Below, in pieces: positions 27,173 through 36,439 of a stretch of 64,000 bases of DNA; the stretch's first letter is position 1, and every line of letters begins with the position of its first letter. Source of the stretch: a candidate division FCPU426 bacterium (GTDB lineage Bacteria > Oederibacteriota > Muellerivitia > Muellerivitales > Muellerivitaceae); NCBI GenBank assembly GCA_963719085.1, contig CAVRAL010000005.1, forward strand, positions 64,001 to 128,000, given 5' to 3'. Made by a program: the position numbers and the translations under genes. Below the pieces are notes generated by a model. That model had not been told where the DNA came from. It ran no database searches and was given only the letters and a program-made list of their open reading frames with translations.

Positions 27173-28042
27173 TTAATTTTGGGACTCGTCAAATATTTTC
27201 GAAAGATATTCCGCCAGCCCCACCATGGTAGGACCGGGAATGAGAAACTCATCTTGTTTCAGGAAATAAATATGGTTTTCGCGCACAGCCTTCAAAGAAG
27301 GCAGGGTGGCCCACGCCTCTTTCGCTTTAGCGATGGTGTCCCCCGTCGCCTCATCGCTGGGCATGGAATCCACGATCACGTCCGGATCACGCTTGATCAA
27401 TTGTTCTTTGGAAACCAAAGGAAAAGCAATGGCGGTTCCGGTCAGAACATTACGTCCCCCGGACAAGGCGATAATTTCCCCCACAAAACAGTGGTCTCCC
27501 GCCGCGTAAATCCGCTGGAGCTCACCCACGTTGTGCCCCACGACGAAAAGAATCGTCACCGGCTTCCGGGCCCCCGCGTGTTTTCGGACCCGATCCAACC
27601 GCGCCTGCAGTTTTTGTTTAGCCGCCCGGGCCCGGACTTCACACCCCAAGGTTTTCCCCAAGCGATCGTAGGTATCAAAAATATCCTGGAGGCTGGAATT
27701 GTTTTGGACTAACACCGGAATTCCCAGCTTTTTAAAACTTTGAATCGTTTGACCGTAAAAAGGAACCAACAAAACCAAATCAGGCCTGAGCGAAACGATC
27801 GTCTCAAAGTTAGGATTAAAAAAACCGCCCACCTTCGTTTTCTTTTGCGCCTCCGGGGGAAACTTACAAAAATCAGTGACGCCGATCAACTGATCTTGCG
27901 CGCCGATGTCATAAATAATCTCGGTAAAATGAGGCGACATGGAAATAACCCTTTGGGGAATGGGGCTAGCCGCTCCCGCGGGCAGAATCCAAGCGCTCAT
28001 CCACCCCAAAATAAATAGTCCCATTCTTAGTCTCATCGCCAT
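27173..28042 (-). CDS. btuF: Cobalamin ABC substrate-binding protein
   Basis: QRVISMSPHFTE, GVTDFC, PNFE, EQLIKRDPDVI, PGP. Confidence 0.88.
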   Translation of the reverse strand: MAMRLRMGLFILGWMSAWILPAGAASPIPQRVISMSPHFTEIIYDIGAQDQLIGVTDFCKFPPEAQKKTKVGGFFNPNFETIVSLRPDLVLLVPFYGQTIQSFKKLGIPVLVQNNSSLQDIFDTYDRLGKTLGCEVRARAAKQKLQARLDRVRKHAGARKPVTILFVVGHNVGELQRIYAAGDHCFVGEIIALSGGRNVLTGTAIAFPLVSKEQLIKRDPDVIVDSMPSDEATGDTIAKAKEAWATLPSLKAVRENHIYFLKQDEFLIPGPTMVGLAEYLSKIFDESQN

Positions 28043-28048
28043 TCCTTT

Positions 28049-28696
28049 TTACGAAGCGTCCATAACTTTCAATACGGCCTTCCCCACCAACTCCGCCAAA
28101 ACCGTATGTTTGCCGGCGTAAACCCGTACACCTTTCCCAACTGGGCAAGCTATTGTCACACAATCGGTCCCGGTTCCCGTAGCCGGGGCCCCCGTGGCGC
28201 GGCTTTTCACCTTGAGGTCCAACACGGCCAAGGTTCTGGCTTCCGTGGCGATTTGGAGAATCTCGAAAAGCGTAGGCAAGGCCAAAGACTTGGAAACCCA
28301 GATCAATAAATTAATCGTCCCGACTTTTTTAGAATCGTGGGCGGTCTTTTCGCCCACCCGGACCGCGTTGGAAAAGCCAGCGGTTCCCGCCGCGAAAACC
28401 GTCCAGCCCTTTTTCGACAGGATCACCTTTTTAAATTTCCGGATATCGCCGCTGGTCATTTGACCTACTACATTGCCGGGCAGGTTCAACCGCCTCGATT
28501 CCCGCCTTAAGGTTTGGGCCGGCGGCTCCAAATCCTTGCGCAGTTTACGGGCTTCTTTCACTTGGAGATTCATCCAGGACCGGGCCACGGTGATTCCCCC
28601 GCCCAAAGGCGCCCAACCAATGGCCCGGGACAATCCAGGCAACCGAACCGTTAAGGCGTCACCTTGAAGCGAAATGCCGGGCAATTTTATTTTCAT
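28049..28696 (-). CDS. cbiZ: Adenosylcobinamide amidohydrolase
   Basis: TAGFSNA, GTINL, TEAR, ATGTGTDC, AGKHT; start moved to ATG 28696. Confidence 0.85.
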   Translation of the reverse strand: MKIKLPGISLQGDALTVRLPGLSRAIGWAPLGGGITVARSWMNLQVKEARKLRKDLEPPAQTLRRESRRLNLPGNVVGQMTSGDIRKFKKVILSKKGWTVFAAGTAGFSNAVRVGEKTAHDSKKVGTINLLIWVSKSLALPTLFEILQIATEARTLAVLDLKVKSRATGAPATGTGTDCVTIACPVGKGVRVYAGKHTVLAELVGKAVLKVMDAS

Positions 28697-29658
28697 TAAA
28701 ACAGCATCCCCGTTCCGATCAAATAGGCCAAGGTTACACCCGCCCCCGTCCAAAGCAAGCGAACCGCCAAGCCAATATCCCGGGGTCCACAAGGCCGCCC
28801 GGAGGCATTCAACAGCGCCTGGCGGTGTGCCTTTCCGCCATAAAAGTTAGTCCCTCCCAACTTCACACCCAAAGTCCCGGCGAAAGCCGCTTCCCCATGG
28901 GCGGCGTTAGGGCTTAAGTGTTTCAACCGATCTTGTCCAAAAGCCCGGACTAATCCCGTAAAAGATAATCCGGACAAAAAAGACGCCGGCGCCAAAACCA
29001 AAAAACTCAGCCGGGCTGGAATAAAATTCATCGCGTCATCTAACCGGGCGGCGGCCCAGCCAAACTTCCGGTAAGGCGGCTCCGGATGGCCGATCATGGA
29101 ATCCCCTGTGCTCACCGCCTTGAAAAAATAAGCCGCCGCGGGCCCGCCCCAAAAACCCCAAAAAACCGGGGATAGAAATCCATCCACAAAACTCTCGCCA
29201 ATGGTCTCCACCGCCGCCCTTGAAACTTCAGACGCCGAAAGCTTTCCGGTGTCGCGCCCCACCACCCGCGCCAAAAGTCTTCGGGCCCGGCCCAAACGCT
29301 TTTGGGCCAGGCTTTCTTGAATTTGAAGCGCCTCATCCGACAAACCCCGGACGGATAGGCACCAATAAAAGAGAAAGGCTTCCAAACATACCCGTCCCAC
29401 ACCTGATAAGGGAATGAGAAGCATCAAACCAGGGATCAACCCGGAAATTCCACCCACCGCGAGTACGGTCAGAATCCCCGGAAACAGGCCCAAGTTTTTT
29501 TTACTTTTCCAGAAATTTTCCAACCAAGCGTAACCCCAACCCATCCAACGAGCCGGATGGGGCCAAGTTTCCCGGTCTCCCAGCCAAAAATCCAGCAAGA
29601 AGGCGCCGGCCAGAGCCAGGGCCTGCTCCCGGACCCACACCTCCAAAAAGTCAAACAT
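28696..29658 (-). CDS. cbiB: Adenosylcobinamide-phosphate synthase
   Basis: GD...HP, VVGRDT, DSMIG, FGWAAARLDDAMNFIPARL, SPNA. Confidence 0.95.
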   Translation of the reverse strand: MFDFLEVWVREQALALAGAFLLDFWLGDRETWPHPARWMGWGYAWLENFWKSKKNLGLFPGILTVLAVGGISGLIPGLMLLIPLSGVGRVCLEAFLFYWCLSVRGLSDEALQIQESLAQKRLGRARRLLARVVGRDTGKLSASEVSRAAVETIGESFVDGFLSPVFWGFWGGPAAAYFFKAVSTGDSMIGHPEPPYRKFGWAAARLDDAMNFIPARLSFLVLAPASFLSGLSFTGLVRAFGQDRLKHLSPNAAHGEAAFAGTLGVKLGGTNFYGGKAHRQALLNASGRPCGPRDIGLAVRLLWTGAGVTLAYLIGTGMLF

Positions 29659-30736
29659 GCTTTTTCAACGCGGCGACAAGCCTGTCGTTTTCCGTGGGCG
29701 TCCTTAATCCGACCCTAAAATAAGAAGTTCCCAAACCCGGATGCCGCCCCAGGCTTCGAATCAACAGCTTCTGGTCAATCAACAACCGGCTTAAAAGAGC
29801 GTCTGAGGAGAATCCCGCCGTCATTCCCTTAATCGTAAAGGCCGGAATCGGCGCGGGAAAAATTTCCAAGTTTTTAATTTCCGAAAGTTCGGCGAAGACC
29901 CGCTCTTTTTCTTTTTTGTTTTTGATCGAGGTCTCAGCGGCCCAAGCATCCAATTCAGCCAGATAAAGGCCCGCCGCTTGGGCAAAAGGCGATACGGTCC
30001 AAGGTGCCTGGGACTTTCGTAAAAGTTCGGCCAGTGAAGCCGGGGCCGCCATCCAACCCAGCCGCAGTCCCGGTGCCGCGTAGGCCTTGGAAAAAGACCT
30101 TAAAACCGCCAGGTTCGACGGCATGTCCGGCCCCGCCAGGCTATCCCGCGGGTCTTCTGAAATTTCCAAACAAGTCTCATCCACCATAAAAAAAGTCCCT
30201 GGATGATTTTCCATTGATTTGAGCAACCATTCTTTAGGCCAAGAGGTAAAAGGCGGGTTATTGGGCCTGGCTAAAATTACAAAATCGGGATTCTTAGCCA
30301 AGCCGTGCTCCCATTCATCACTCGGAAAGGCCCAGCCATCCCCGTCACGGGCCAAGATAAAAACCGGATCAATCCCCAAATTCCGAAGGGCGGGTTCGTA
30401 ATCTCCGTAAGTCGGGCCCAAAATGACCGCGCGGCGAGGCCGTAAAACGCGGGGGAGTAGATGGATAAACTCAGTCGTTCCCGCCCCTAAAAGAATACGA
30501 TCGGCCGGTATTTTCATTTTTTCGGAAATCTTATTTTGAAGGGTTTGGCCGGAAGCGGGATGCTTTAAAAAATCCCCGGTTTTTTCCGCCAAATACCCGG
30601 CCAACCCCGGCGGCGGGCCTTGGGGATTTAATAGATTTGAAAAATCGACAATCTCGCCCGGCGCGCAGCCAACCGCCTGAGCCGCCCCTTCCAAATCACC
30701 GCCATGTTCGAACTTCAGGGTTTGAGTAAGCCTCAC
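29651..30736 (-). CDS. cobD: Threonine-phosphate decarboxylase (PLP-dependent)
   Basis: HGG, DFS..NP.G, PNNP, RSFSKAYAAPGLRLG; cob cluster. Confidence 0.85.
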   Translation of the reverse strand: MRLTQTLKFEHGGDLEGAAQAVGCAPGEIVDFSNLLNPQGPPPGLAGYLAEKTGDFLKHPASGQTLQNKISEKMKIPADRILLGAGTTEFIHLLPRVLRPRRAVILGPTYGDYEPALRNLGIDPVFILARDGDGWAFPSDEWEHGLAKNPDFVILARPNNPPFTSWPKEWLLKSMENHPGTFFMVDETCLEISEDPRDSLAGPDMPSNLAVLRSFSKAYAAPGLRLGWMAAPASLAELLRKSQAPWTVSPFAQAAGLYLAELDAWAAETSIKNKKEKERVFAELSEIKNLEIFPAPIPAFTIKGMTAGFSSDALLSRLLIDQKLLIRSLGRHPGLGTSYFRVGLRTPTENDRLVAALKKHV

Positions 30737-32250
30737 TTCAAAACCTCTTCGAGGCCGACAATCCGGTTAAGCCAGGCGGTATCCACATAGGCTTCAACCA
30801 TCTGAGCCAAGCGGTCATAATCAGCTTGTTTGGAAAAGCTTTCAGTTGAAACCACCGCATTTTTTCGTTTCGCTAAAAAGTTCAAGAGACCGGCCCGAAC
30901 CTCCTCGTTCTCAAAAAGGCCGTGCAGGATCGTACCCATCACATATCCGCGAACCGCGCCTTCCGCCTTTCCGGTCAATTTTTTATTCCGGGTCCGGATA
31001 TGAAAAAGCGGCTTTGTGCCTTTATCGACGATGACCTGGCCCGCGTGAATTTCATAAGCTTGAATCGACATTTTTAGACTCGGACCAAAAAAAGAACCAT
31101 TTTCCGAAACCGACGCTTCCACTTGGGCCGTTTGTTTTACATTTTCAAAATGGGTGGTCACCGGCAATAAAGAGAGCCCGGGCGTAACTGATTCATTGGT
31201 TTCGATGTGATGAAGGTCCTCGATCTCCCTCCCTAACATTTGATAGCCGCCGCAGATCCCCAAAATCGGCTGATCGGTCTTCATTCTCTCCTGAAGAACC
31301 GGCTCAAAACCTTTTTCCCGAAGCCATTGAAGGTCCGCCACTGTGGTTTTGGTTCCCGGAAGGATCACCAAATCCGCGCCCCTCAATTCTTCGGGCTTTT
31401 GCGCGTAAATGAGACTGACGGATTTTTCCCGTTCCAAGGGCTGAAAATCATCGAAATTCGAGATGTGGGGAAAACGAATGACGGCGATTCGCAAAACCGC
31501 GTCCCGGGAAAGCCCTCGGGGATTTTCAAGGGCGGTCGAGTCTTCTTCCGCCAGCGCGACTTGCGCGAGGTAAGGCAAGACACCCAATACAGGCAGGCCG
31601 GTTTTTTGCCTCAAAAAATCGAGGCCTGGCTTCAAGATTTCCAAGTTTCCGCGAAACTTGTTAATAAGAAGACCCTTCACCCGGACGCGGTCCTCCGAAC
31701 GCATTAATTCCAGCGTTCCCCACAGCGAGGCGAAAACTCCGCCTCGGTCAATATCCCCCACCAATAATACCGGCGCGTCCGCCAATTGAGCCGCGAAACC
31801 ATTGGCCAAATCCCGGGATTGAAGATTGACTTCAGCGGGGCTCCCGGCGCCTTCCAAAATCACCAGTTCATACCGGCGTCGAAGCCGCTCCAATGATTCG
31901 GCGATGACCGGCCGCAACCGTTCGGCGTAACCGTAATAGGCCTCCCCGGTCATGGACTCCACCGCCCTGCCCCGCGCCACGATCTGAACCCTTTGATCCG
32001 ACTCGCACTTGAGCAAAACCGGATTCATGTCCACGTGCGGTTCAATGCCGCAGGCTTCGGCTTGGGCGGCTTGGGCCCGGCCAATCTCAAACCCCTCAGC
32101 GGTCACGAAAGAATTCAAGGCCATATTCTGCGCCTTGAAAGGCGCGACCTTGACCCCCTGCCGGTAAAAGTAGCGGCACAAGGCCGCCGTCACCAGGCTT
32201 TTACCGACCGAAGAGGCCGTCCCTTGAATCATCAGGGTGCGGGCCAGCAT
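30733..32250 (-). CDS. cobQ: Cobyric acid synthase
   Basis: QGTASSVGKS, PFKAQNMALNS, EGAGSPAEVNL, DIDRGG, GICGGYQMLG. Confidence 0.97.
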   Translation of the reverse strand: MLARTLMIQGTASSVGKSLVTAALCRYFYRQGVKVAPFKAQNMALNSFVTAEGFEIGRAQAAQAEACGIEPHVDMNPVLLKCESDQRVQIVARGRAVESMTGEAYYGYAERLRPVIAESLERLRRRYELVILEGAGSPAEVNLQSRDLANGFAAQLADAPVLLVGDIDRGGVFASLWGTLELMRSEDRVRVKGLLINKFRGNLEILKPGLDFLRQKTGLPVLGVLPYLAQVALAEEDSTALENPRGLSRDAVLRIAVIRFPHISNFDDFQPLEREKSVSLIYAQKPEELRGADLVILPGTKTTVADLQWLREKGFEPVLQERMKTDQPILGICGGYQMLGREIEDLHHIETNESVTPGLSLLPVTTHFENVKQTAQVEASVSENGSFFGPSLKMSIQAYEIHAGQVIVDKGTKPLFHIRTRNKKLTGKAEGAVRGYVMGTILHGLFENEEVRAGLLNFLAKRKNAVVSTESFSKQADYDRLAQMVEAYVDTAWLNRIVGLEEVLK

Positions 32251-32837
32251 TAAAAATCGACTCCCGGTTTGGCGGGCCAGCCTTCATCAAATGGATGTTT
32301 TACTTTTTTCATTTCAGTCACAAGATCGGCCATTGCCAAAAGTTCGGGCGGGGCGTTGCGCCCCGTCAAAACCACGGTTAAATTTTTCGGGCGGTCCCGC
32401 AGGGCTTCTAAAACCTCGGACAGGGGTAAAAAACCATGCTGAAAGGTGTAGGTCATCTCATCCAAAACCAAAAGAAAGTATTCTCCCGAAGTCATCAAGC
32501 CCTTCGCCTTTTCCCAAGCCGCCCGGGCCGCCGCCTTGTCGATGTTTAAATCCTGGCTTTCCCAAGTAAACCCTTCCCCCATCGTGGAAAAGTCAAGTTC
32601 GGCAAGCCCCGGGGTTGAGCTCAAGACCCCGGCAAAATCCCTTTCCCCGGTCTTCCATTTGCCTTTAATGAATTGAACCACGGCTACTTTTTCACGGCGG
32701 CCCAGCGCCCGAAAAACCATGCCTAAAGCCGCGGTCGTCTTACCCTTGCCTTCGCCGGTATAAACCACCAGCAGGCCTTTTTCGATGATGTCTTTGGCGG
32801 TTTTCCGGGTCTCACTCACGATAGTTTCTTTCCCCAA
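32250..32837 (-). CDS. cobO: Cob(I)yrinic acid a,c-diamide adenosyltransferase
   Basis: YTGEGKGKTTAALG, QFIKG, LDE, TGR, ADLVTEM, KHPF. Confidence 0.96.
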   Translation of the reverse strand: MGKETIVSETRKTAKDIIEKGLLVVYTGEGKGKTTAALGMVFRALGRREKVAVVQFIKGKWKTGERDFAGVLSSTPGLAELDFSTMGEGFTWESQDLNIDKAAARAAWEKAKGLMTSGEYFLLVLDEMTYTFQHGFLPLSEVLEALRDRPKNLTVVLTGRNAPPELLAMADLVTEMKKVKHPFDEGWPAKPGVDF

Positions 32838-33484
32838 CGGTCATAAAAAACCAGGTCCGACTTGGGGATTTCGGGAAGCCATTTGGCGGTTTTAAGCTCC
32901 GGCTCGGGCGCGAAAACATCGGTATACCCCACGCAAAGATAAGCCACCGGCACCACACCCTCCGGTAATTCCAGGATGGCGGAAAGTTCTTCCGGTTTGA
33001 TGATGCTGACCCAGCCCACCCCCACCCCCTCGCAACGGGCGGCTAGCCAAAGATTTTGGACGGCACAAACCGCGCTATAAAGATCCATTTCAGGCTGGCA
33101 GGTGCGGCCCAACACCACCGGGCCAAAGCGGTTACGGTCGCAGGTCACGCAGATATTAAGGGCCGAATCCAAAATGCCCTCAAGTTTGAGCGTGGAATAT
33201 TTTTCGGCCCGTTCGTCTTGGAATAATTTTTGGGCTTCGGCGTTCGCGCGGCTGAAAGCTTCTTTGACTTGGGTCCGGATGGCGGAATCAGAAATAAGGA
33301 TGAGGTTCCAAGGTTGGCTGTAGCCTACCGAAGGGGCTTGGAGGGCGGCCTGAACTAATCGGGCCAAGACTTCCGGTGGAATCGGGTCTTTTTTAAACCG
33401 GCGCACGTCCCGCCGTTCCCGGATGACCCGGTAAACCGCGTCCCGCTCTTCGGGACTATAAGAGGCCTGAGGTTCCATATTCAT
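32816..33484 (-). CDS. bluB: 5,6-dimethylbenzimidazole synthase
   Basis: RRDVRRF, APSVGYSQPW, LKLEGI, QNLWLAARCEGVGVGWVS. Confidence 0.93.
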   Translation of the reverse strand: MNMEPQASYSPEERDAVYRVIRERRDVRRFKKDPIPPEVLARLVQAALQAPSVGYSQPWNLILISDSAIRTQVKEAFSRANAEAQKLFQDERAEKYSTLKLEGILDSALNICVTCDRNRFGPVVLGRTCQPEMDLYSAVCAVQNLWLAARCEGVGVGWVSIIKPEELSAILELPEGVVPVAYLCVGYTDVFAPEPELKTAKWLPEIPKSDLVFYDRWGKKLS

Positions 33485-33584
33485 CCTTCCCCTGGGGGTC
33501 AGGCTTTTTCAGGGGAAGGGGTGGTGAGCTTTTATAAAAAAGGCTCTCCGCCGCTTCTTACACCCGAAGAAGCCGACAATAAAG

Positions 33585-33812
33585 CTCAAGGCCGGTCTCC
33601 TGGCTTGAAAGCTTGCCCTCCGCCTTCCCAGGCTTTTGCCCAGTGGCCGCCTCTTTAAAAAAGAGGCCCGGACGACAATTAGCTTTCTCACAGTGGCGGG
33701 TCCGCGTATCGCCTTCTTTTCAGTTACTTCCTGAAGACGATATGTTCCGTCCCCGGACTTTAAATCCAGGGACTTCACAACCGGAATTTCACCGGCTTCC
33801 CAAACACCTTGA
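33585..33812 (-). ncRNA. Cobalamin riboswitch (bluB-cob leader) with a 74-nt internal insertion
   Basis: Same core as 26790-26943, but 33707-33780 is inserted between TCCGG and CGCGGACCCGCCACTG (minus strand). Confidence 0.88.
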
Positions 33813-33848
33813 ACGATGGTGCCTTGATACTCCGGTTTTAAGGGGAAG

Positions 33849-34862
33849 TCAATTAAGAAGGTAGGTGCGCTTGCGAAAGAGCAGAAATAACAATACCGGA
33901 ACGCCCAGGATGGCGGTCAGCACACCCACCGGAATTTCCGTGGGGCCAAAACAAGACCTTGCCGCGGTGTCGCATAGCATGAGAAAGGCCGCTCCCCCTA
34001 AGGCGCTGCAGATTAAAAGGAACCGGTGATCGTTGCCGACCCAAATGCGGAAAATATGGGGCACGATGAGCCCGACAAAAGCGATCGGCCCCGTCACCGC
34101 CACGACCGAACTGGTCAAGAGCGAGGCCGCCAACACGCTGAGCACAATGGTTCGAAAAGCCGGCACGCCCTTGACCTGGGCCATCTCCTCGCCCGCGGCT
34201 AAAAGGTTCAAATCCCGGCCGAGGGCGAAAAGAAATAAAAGAATCACGGCTTCCAGCACGGCCAGCCTCACCACCGAACTCCACTCCACCACATCCAAAC
34301 TTCCCATGAGCCAATGCATCATGGCGTAACTTTGGGTGAAATCGGCGAGGAAATAAAAGAGCAGCACGAGGGCGTTGAAAAAATAGTTGATCCCCACCCC
34401 GGCCAAAAGCAGGGTGATGGCCGAATAAGACCGGATCACCGCGGCCAATAGGTAAACCAAGGCCACCGAAAGCAGCGCGCCCGCGAAGGCGAATAGGGTC
34501 ACCCAGGAAAATCCAAACCAATCCGCCGTCAACCCCAACGCCAGGGCCGCGACCGCGCCGAAAGAGCTTCCCCCCGCCACGCCCAAGGTAAAGGGGCAAG
34601 CCAAAGGATTTCGCAGCACCGCCTGGAAAACCACCCCCGCCGACGCCATGGCCGCCCCCGTGAGCCCGGCTAAAAAAACCCGGGGCAGGCGGACCGCGAA
34701 AAATATTTGCGCGTCCTGGTTATAAGGGTCCGGCGGCCAGCTTTGAAAAACAGAATGGAATGAAAGTTTCGCGGAACCCAAGAGCGGGCATACCAAAAGA
34801 GCGGCCAAAAAAAATAGCGCGGTCAAAAACAGCACGCCGCCCTTAAGGGCCCCGGTTTTCAC
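33849..34862 (-). CDS. btuC: Cobalamin/iron-chelate ABC permease (FecCD family)
   Basis: VRLPRV, RNPLA, GPIAFVGLIVPH, EIPVG. Confidence 0.85.
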   Translation of the reverse strand: MKTGALKGGVLFLTALFFLAALLVCPLLGSAKLSFHSVFQSWPPDPYNQDAQIFFAVRLPRVFLAGLTGAAMASAGVVFQAVLRNPLACPFTLGVAGGSSFGAVAALALGLTADWFGFSWVTLFAFAGALLSVALVYLLAAVIRSYSAITLLLAGVGINYFFNALVLLFYFLADFTQSYAMMHWLMGSLDVVEWSSVVRLAVLEAVILLFLFALGRDLNLLAAGEEMAQVKGVPAFRTIVLSVLAASLLTSSVVAVTGPIAFVGLIVPHIFRIWVGNDHRFLLICSALGGAAFLMLCDTAARSCFGPTEIPVGVLTAILGVPVLLFLLFRKRTYLLN

Positions 34863-35657
34863 GCGAGTTCCGCTTGGTTCGGTTTAGGCACGAAGTAAGG
34901 CGCCCCGCCCTGCCGCCGGACCTTCTCAACTTCCACGCCGTGAACCGCCTTGATCCGGCCGGGGGTCAAGACCTGTCCGGGGGACCCTTCGGCCACCACC
35001 TTGCCCCGGCGCATCAAAACCAGCCGCCTCAAATATTGTCCGGCCAAATTCATCTCATGGGTGGCCACCACCACGCTCACGCCTTCTTCCCGATGAAGCT
35101 TTTGGATGATCTCAAATAAAAGAATTTGGTGGGCCAAATCCAGCGACAAGGTGGGCTCATCCAGCAGCAAAACCTCCGGCGTTTGGGCCAAAGCCGAAGC
35201 CAGCAAAACCCTTTGCCGCTCCCCGCCGGATAGTTGCTCGTAAGATCTTTCGCGAAATTCCCAGGCGTCGCAAAGTTTTAGCGCCCTTTCGCAAATGGAT
35301 CGGTCTTTGGAGCCCAATGGCTCAAATCGCCCCAAATAGGGATGCCTTCCCATTTCGACGATTTCCTTGACCGAAAGCGGAAATTGGAAATGAACCGATT
35401 GGGGCACGAAAGCGATTTTCCGGGCCCTTTCCCGGACCGAAAGATCGGTCAAGGATTCACCCTCGAATAAAACCTTTCCCGCGCCGGGCCTCAAGAGCCC
35501 CGCCAATAGGCGCAAAAGGGTCGACTTCCCGGCGCCATTCGGGCCCAAGAGCCCGAGCAAAGCGCCCTTGTCCATCGAAAGGTTAATCGCGCTGAGTCTC
35601 AAATTGGGTGTGGTCGGGATATCGGAATGAAAGCTTTTGAATTTGAAAAAGGGGCAA
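34859..35657 (-). CDS. btuD: Cobalamin ABC ATPase, apparently frameshifted near the 5' end (main ORF 34859-35602)
   Basis: GPNGAGKST, LSGGERQRV, LLLDEPT; the expected N-terminus (M)PLFQIQKLSFRY from TTG 35657 is in a different frame. Confidence 0.75.
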
Positions 35658-35791
35658 GGGTTCCCGCTTCAAAAATGGTTTGTTGAGGTGGGTTAGTTTA
35701 GAAAGCTTTTAAAAACGCGTCAACTTATAGCTGGAACCCCAAATTCCGCTTAAAATACCCGCAAGCTATTAAGAGCCTCTAACAAAAACCA

Positions 35792-35889
35792 ATTTAACAA
35801 TGATAAACGCTGATGAACGCGGGAATGAAATATCTTAAATCCTATGATTTTCCCAAATCTGCGTTCATCAGCGTTCATCATTGTTAAAT
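35792..35889. repeat. Gene-less GxxExxY-type palindromic element (subfamily 2, no insert)
   Basis: ATTTAACAATGATAAACGCTGATGAACGCGG (35792-35822) / CTGCGTTCATCAGCGTTCATCATTGTTAAAT (35859-35889), 29/31 complementary, 36-nt spacer. Confidence 0.92.
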
Positions 35890-35928
35890 GCCTTTGAGTT
35901 TTTTGGGGGGATTCTAAGAAAGGCCTAC

Positions 35929-36396
35929 ATGAAATTCCGAATCAGCGGTTTGATCCTTTTACTCACGCTCGTTGGCTGCTCCCCGAAACCCATGACGAAC
36001 GGCAGTCTTTACAACAAGGCCCAAGGACCGGCGGGCGGCACCCTGCTCTTAGGGACCTTTCAGGGCACCCTTCCTTGCGCCGATTGTCCCGGCATCCTGA
36101 CCGAACTATCCCTTTACCATCCTAACCTCTATACGGACGAGGGAACCTATGTTTTAAAGCTGACCACTCTTGACCGTGATGTGAAGCCCCTCGTGGCCCA
36201 GGGCGAATGGACGATTTTGCGCGGCGACGCCGCCGATGAAAACGCCTCGGTTTACCAGCTGGAGCCCGACCACCCGGAAAAATCGACTTATTACCTGCGG
36301 GTTAACTCGAACGAACTACGGCAATTGGATAAGGACGAAAAAGAGATGACCTCGAAGCTTAACTTCACCTTGAAAAGGGTGCCGTCCGGACTATAA
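35929..36396 (+). CDS. NlpE/CutF N-terminal-domain lipoprotein
   Basis: LVGC lipobox, FQGTLPCADCPGI motif. Confidence 0.88.
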   Translation: MKFRISGLILLLTLVGCSPKPMTNGSLYNKAQGPAGGTLLLGTFQGTLPCADCPGILTELSLYHPNLYTDEGTYVLKLTTLDRDVKPLVAQGEWTILRGDAADENASVYQLEPDHPEKSTYYLRVNSNELRQLDKDEKEMTSKLNFTLKRVPSGL

Positions 36397-36439
36397 TTTC
36401 AACCATCGCCGACTTCCATTTTATTTAAAAGGGGCTTTT

